Source: Eledone cirrhosa
Lineage: Eukaryota
Reading direction: 5' to 3'
DNA length: 64,000 nt
Assembly (NCBI GenBank): GCA_964016885.1
Contig: OZ024742.1
Location: forward strand, 159,154,001 to 159,218,000
Below the pieces are notes generated by a model. That model did no database searches. It saw nothing but the letters and a program-made list of their open reading frames with translations, and was not told the origin of the DNA. The position numbers and the translations under genes are program-made. Within the stretch, counting starts at the first letter, position 1. Every line of letters begins with the position of its first letter. Positions 55,886-64,000 of this stretch are shown here, in pieces.

Positions 55886-56718
55886 GGATGTAAATATAAT
55901 GTATTTTGCAATACACTTTATACTTAATTAAAAGCATTTTGAAGACCGTAAGCTATTGTTTTAAAGTAGTGACAAATTCACTCACTTCGATCTCAGCAAA
56001 CAGGAGGAGATAAGCCGACATGACATGTTTCGCTTTTGTTGAAGCTTATCAAGGCCAACTACCCCGCCCGTCTGCTGAGATCAATGATGTTATATTCTTA
56101 TAGAAATCTAGTAAATAATCAGGAGCTGATTATGCAGAGCGGTTGTTGGTCAGGCAGAAATAAAAAATTAGAATTGTAGCTCTGAAATAGCAATATATAT
56201 ATGGATGTAAATATAATGTATCTTGCAATACACTTTATGCTTAATTAAAAGCATTTTGAAGACCGTAAGCTATTGTTTTAAAGTAGTGACAAATTCACTC
56301 ACTTCGATCTCAGCAAACAGGAGGAGATAAGCCGACATGACATGTTTCGCTTTTGTTGAAGCTTATCAAGGCCAACTACCCCGCCCGTCTGCTGAGATCA
56401 ATGATGTTATATTCTTATAGAAATCTAGTAAATAATCAGGAGCTGATTATGCAGAGCGGTTGTTGGTCAGGCAGAAATAAAAAATTAGAATTGTAGCTCT
56501 GAAATAGCAATATATATATGGATGTAAATATAATGTATTTTGCAATACACTTTATGCTTAATTAAAAGCATTTTGAAGACCGTAAGCTATTGTTTTAAAG
56601 TAGTACTTTAAAACAATAGCTTACGGTCTTCAAAATGCTTTTAATTAAGCATAAAGTGTATTGCAAAATACATTATATTTACATCCATATATATATTGCT
56701 ATTTCAGAGCTACAATTC

Positions 56719-56725
<7 letters not shown>
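55880..56725 (-). repeat. ~2.3 x 317-bp tandem units ending in a fold-back centred at 56603
   Basis: Period 317 (56014 and 56331). Inverted arms 56481-56602 and 56604-56725. (TA)n on both sides. Confidence 0.92.
56013..56056 (-). ncRNA. Type I hammerhead, U3:A8 core variant (second copy 56330-56373)
   Basis: GGCC-UUGAUAA-GCUU caacaa AAGC-GAAA-CAU guc AUG-UC/GGCU. Stem I is extended by GAUCUCAGCAGAC/GUUUGCUGAGAUC. Confidence 0.8.
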
Positions 56726-58960
<2,235 letters not shown>

Positions 58961-58991
58961 GTTAGAAAGTGAACAACACAAAATATAACTA

Positions 58992-59061
58992 CTCCATTAC
59001 CAAAGGTTTCTGGATCACAGGCGATAATAATATATACGTCTGGATCGTTCGTCAGATAGAG
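58992..59061 (-). ncRNA. Type I hammerhead with an intact core and a frayed stem II base
   Basis: CUCUAU-CUGACGA-ac GAUC CAG..CUG u GAUC ca-GAAA-CC uuu GG-UA/AUGGAG. It lies in a unit (58962-59288) bounded by 17-bp inverted repeats. Confidence 0.75.
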
Positions 59062-59924
59062 ATGTTATAGATAAAAGATATGAAATGAAATTTAAAATCT
59101 GTTAAAAATTGGAAGTGAGGCTGGAAAAATAACGGGATAAAAATAAAAAATAAAAATATATATATAGCAATATAGAAAAAGACATGTGTACATACATATA
59201 CACGCACATACACACATTCAGATAAAAGGAAAATATATACATATGTATACATACATAGTAGTTATATTTTATGTTGTTCACTTTCTAATTAAATAGCTCT
59301 GTTCTATACATAGAGCACTCTTTTTTCCTTTGCTTTTCCTTTGGAATTACGTAACACATATATATATTAGGTATTAAATTAACAATGAAAATAAAAACAA
59401 AGTCAAGATACTTTACCTATTCATATCATTGTTTTACGATCGTTTCGGAGGGTCGATCATATTGACATATTGTCTGATCTATAACAGTTATATAACTGTT
59501 ATATCAGACCTCATACATACGTTCGATCAGACCGTCTTCTTCGGAATATATATATACGGGTGTGTTCGTAAGCTTTGGTTAGTTGATGGACATACAGAAA
59601 CACACACAGAGAATATGTTTTAGTTAGTGAGAGAGGAGGTGGAGTGAGTGAGAGCTGAAATAGTATTTCACTCTCTATAGATAGTATGACAATCGGACGG
59701 ACAGTACCTGGGTGCTAGAAAGAGCAGTAAATTCTCTCTCACTCGCCCTCCATTCCGTTTTCAGAAAATAAGTCGACAGCGAGCTTGAAGGAGGTCAGAT
59801 GAGTTGAAAACACGAAAAACCTTAATTATTATCAATTTTATTTTAGTGTTATTAACAATCAACGTACAGACAAACAAACCCCCTTTTTATAAGGATATAT
59901 ATATATATATATATATAATTCAAT

Positions 59925-61079
59925 GATATTATATAAATGGAAACTATATTTATAAAACCATATTTATTCTATTATATATATTTCAAGGATACCAAAAACT
60001 TTGGTACGCTTTCATAAATACAAAGTGTATTTTATAAATTTTGACATAGTCAAGGAACATACCTTATCAGTTGAAGTATTCCTTGGATAGTGGATTTAAA
60101 ATTGTTAGGATGAGTATGGTAATGAATATGTAAATGAGGTTGGGTATATGATTGAAAAACCGTTATTTTAGACGCTGGGGAAATTTAGATATATGTTTGT
60201 ATTATTAGGAGAGAAAGAAAAAGGGAGAAAAAGAAAAAGAAAAAGAAAAAGAAAAAGAAAAAGAAAAAGAAAAGAAGACCACATATTTACGTTAATTTGG
60301 GGGAAGAAAAATTTGAATATTTACCTATATTATACTTATATGGAGAATTATGTTTGTAAGTATTTATCTTATTGAAATACTGTATTAGGATATATGTATA
60401 AATATCTATATATATTGCTAATTGTTAAAGAGATATTGATAATTTACAGTTATTAGTTGTTTATAATATGAGTTACGAGGGAAGTTGATTTTATGTTATA
60501 TGTAAATAGATAGATTTGAATATTTCGTTAAGCGTTGAAGATCTATTATAATATTGTTAATTTATCGGAGTTAGGTATATAATAACTGAGAAAGGAAAGA
60601 TAACTCCAATTTAGTTTGTTAATCGATGAATTTGAAGAAGTGTGAGATTAATTAATTATTTTAGTCGAAAGATGTGTGAATGTTTGATAATCATAAAAAC
60701 CAAAAGAGGAGATACGTGATGTGAAACTGTCGTGAAGAGGATACATTTTTCAATCTACGTCTAAAAATTTTTTTTATAGAAAGTGTCATTAGAAAAATAA
60801 TTGTTTCTACTTTAGGCACAAGGCCAGCAATTACCCAGTGCATTACTGGTACTTTATTTTATCGACCCCGTAAGGATGAAAGGCAAAGTCAACCTCGGCA
60901 GAATTTGAACTCAGATCGTAAATGGACGTAACTATGCTGGAAAGCATGGCGTCCGACCCTCTACCGATACTGCCAATCCACCGCCCTTGTCATTAGAAAA
61001 ATAATAATGTAAGAATTAAAAGATTAAAAATTAAAATTATACACACACACACACATATATATATATATAAATAAATATA

Positions 61080-61126
<47 letters not shown>

Positions 61127-63570
61127 GGAATTTTTGCTGAAAGGTGAAAATATTACAAATATTAGAGATATTACCATTTATAAATATTAAATTGTTAAAG
61201 AAGATAAGGTCATTTTGAAGGTTTAAGGAATATTATAAATTAAACATAGTTCTGAAAGTGGAATGTTGGCGATGTCTGCAAGAAGAAAATAATTCTGTTC
61301 TGAGATTAGTAGAGTTTTGACAGTTAATTATATGAAAAATTTCATCGATACCAATCTACAGAATTTTGATAATGCCATATTTCGGTACGCAGGTGCTTTC
61401 GAAATCGTTTTCCAAGATATTGATAGTCTATATTCTTGCTTTTTAAGTTCCATATAAGATGTGAAAGTGAAGTAGAAGATTTTTTATCAGATCTTTTAAA
61501 AGTATGATTATGTTTATTCCAGCCTTGTTTAAATTCTGTAGAAGTGGCACCGACATAGTTAAATATATTATCTCTAGTTTTAACAGTGCATTTATAAACT
61601 ACATTTTTAACTAAACAATTATTTTGTAAAGGGCAGTTTGATTTGATTCTACAGTTACATTTTACGGAGTTGTTGTTGCTCGGAACGGTACTATTATACT
61701 GGATATTCCTAGAATTATTATTATTGAAATTTTGGTTAGGGTTTAAATTAAAGTTTCTATTATTAATTCTATTTATGTTTTGTGCTATGTTCATAGTAGT
61801 AGAGTAGGATAGTTTTATAGTATGTCTGTTAAAAATAGAGTGGTATCTGTGGGCTTAGGAAAACATTTGTCTAGTGCTTTAAAAAATAGCTTTACTAAAG
61901 GTGTTTTAACGCTTAAAGAGAATGGTGGGGGGTGGGAGGACCCAATAATATTTCTAGTTCTAGTTTTTTTGTTTGGTTTAGTGTTTAAGTTAAATTGTTT
62001 ATTACTGTTATAATTAATACTAGGGTGATTTGCCATGTTATTGTTATCAACGTATTTAATTTTATTCGAATACCCTGCTCTATTTAAAGCTTGATTATAA
62101 TATTCAGCCTTATCATCAAAAATATTTTTATTAGTAGAGATACGTGAAATCCGTGGTTTGACCTTATTGACAGTAGTGTTCTTAATACTTCTAGGATGAT
62201 TAGAGTTAAAACTTACATAATTTAGATTTTCGTTAATTTTATGGAAAGGATAGTAAAGGCCTGTGCTAAGGTTTAAGGTTACGTCTAAGAAGTTAACAAT
62301 TTTATAGTTATTCTCTATTTCTAACTTAAAGTTGTAGTTATTGAAGAATTGTATTATGGATTTTCTTTTCCTATTAATTTCACAATTACTATGGTTTTCA
62401 ATTAAAAGCAACATATCGTCACGATATAAACCACCGGTCATCTCTGGAATTTTCCTATGCAGTGCATTGTTAATAAATAAACCAACAAGATCCGTTATTT
62501 GCGCCGAGTCAGATGATCCCATAGTGATATCAAAATTATTTTTTCTATTGGCTCTTGTCCAGAGATAATTATTGAATTCTATTAATGTTTTCCGTGCTGT
62601 TAGAATTATATTTATTTCATCACTAGATAGGTCTGTATGTTTAGATGCGTATATAAGAGCCTTATTAAGTAAATTAGGAGTAATAGAGGAGTAGTAGTTT
62701 GCAATATCCATTTGAATGCATTCTTTGTTATGTTTAAATTTTATGTTATTGAACCAATCTATAACTTCGTTAGTACCGTTCCATAGTTTCAGGTGTGATT
62801 TTTCTTTAAGTTGTGGTATAATTCTATCCAATATATGTTTACTAATTATGCCTAAGTCTGATTTAGATGGTGCTATAAGTCTGGCTGGTAGTTCTATTTC
62901 AAAATTTCTTTTGTGGTCTTTCAGGTTAATTTTCGGTTTTCTAGGTATAAAGGGTTCAGTCCTATTTTGGATGCCTAATTTATGAATAATTTCAGAAGCT
63001 TCTCTATTTAGTGTTGACAGATCTTCATTTGTTGTTATTTTGTAGTTTTTTCTGAGTTCTTTCAATATAAGGTTATTATATTCGTCCTTTTCCATCCCGT
63101 ATAAATTATTAGTTTTATCAGATTTAACGAGGATCTTCTTAGTTTTTTCAAGATTGTCTATATTATTCTTGAGGCTTTTAAGGTATTCCTGGCCTTTAAA
63201 TTGTTTGTTTTTAAATTTAATATTTTGTATAATAGATATTACTTTCAAATTCAGTTAGCAGTTTGTTGCTATGTGGATTCTTCTTAGATTTGAAGATAAG
63301 ATCGAAGTTGTAACTGGATTTGTTTATTTTTTCATCCGATTTTCTATCGAAATGGAAGGCACACCATCTAAGTCTTCGTATAAAGGAGTCAGATTTCTCA
63401 ATGAGTTGTTTTAGATATTCCTTATTCTTAGGTAAAGGTACACCTTTTAGAGAAGAAGAAATCCTAAAGAATTCCATTATTTTGCAAGCAGTTATAATTT
63501 AAAGTGCTCAACATTAAAGGAGCTATTTATAAGCAGGAGGGATATTTAATTTGTTGGTATATATATTCAA
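59925..63570 (-). mobile_element. Near full-length Naiad-like Penelope element (frameshifted RT plus GIY-YIG), SINE inserted in the 3' region
   Basis: Coding span 63477-61233 with several frameshifts. Motifs include R.RW, KSDKTNNLY, LKDHK, PARLI.P, DI..YYSSI, FDITMGS.D, GLYRDD, FLDVT, CNCR...CPL...CL...VVY, YVG and CRH. Confidence 0.9.
60802..60987 (-). mobile_element. SINE with 18-bp target-site duplication
   Basis: TGTCATTAGAAAAATAAT at 60784-60801 and 60988-61005. Confidence 0.88.
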
Positions 63571-63705
63571 TTTGTTGGTATATATATATATATATAGTAA
63601 TAATAATAAAATTGAAGACTAAAATCCAAAGAGGGCTCGATAAGGAAAATATATATCAAATATATAAGAACCGTAGAGCAAATATTTATTAAAATAACAG
63701 ATTAA

Positions 63706-63756
63706 AGTTTAAGCAAAGAATCGCTGCTTTCACCCTTAACGGGATCTTCTGAAACT
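63706..63756 (-). ncRNA. Type I hammerhead-like motif, A4 core variant, in pLTR-like sequence
   Basis: AGUUU-CAGAAGA-UCCCGUUAAGGGU-GAAA-GCAG cgauucu UUGC-UU/AAACU. Stem I is extended by ACAGAUUGA/UUAAUCUGU. Confidence 0.6.
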
Positions 63757-64000
63757 AACAAAGTCAATCTGTAAACGCAGAACTGGATATTTCAAAAAAC
63801 GTTGCAACCGGAGGAAGACAGGAAGACGATACTTTGGTTCGTGGTAACGTTCGCTGGCAAAGAACGGAAAAAAACGAATAATACGTCATTAATAGGAGCG
63901 GTGAAAAACAATTACGCGCAAAGACAGAACCACGTTTATGGTATAAAAGAGTTCGTAGACTAATGTTCTCTTAGGTGGTGCATAGAGACGTTCTCTGGCA

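Noticed and set aside
61233-63477. Selenocysteine-recoded Naiad ORF
   Set aside because: The Cys positions I read use TGT/TGC, and the breaks are frameshifts rather than in-frame TGA.

Overview
This is AT-rich, microsatellite-dense metazoan DNA, and the SINE/RTE repertoire and long (TA)n tracts suggest a cephalopod such as Octopus (inference). The only host gene I recognise is the 3' end of RBM42, as two spliced coding exons at 6277-6471 and 10884-10996. Most of the rest is transposon-derived: RTE, L1/Tx1 and CRE LINE fragments, tRNA-derived SINEs, a deleted piggyBac, three hAT relics, a deleted Helitron, a young non-autonomous LTR element with a tRNA-Trp PBS, MITEs and Penelope-like elements (PLEs). 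The main hidden signal is non-coding. About 17 type I hammerhead ribozymes (HHRs) can be folded by eye into complete structures, in about 10 sequence families, plus several decayed copies. They sit in 300-650 bp tandem or inverted units embedded in (TA)n, which fits PLE pseudo-LTRs (pLTRs) or retrozymes. Four HHRs from three unrelated families share a long or branched stem II and a covarying pseudoknot between the stem I 5' flank and stem II. Two other families carry recurrent core variants (U3:A8 and A4). All folds were done by hand, and activity and novelty are untested.
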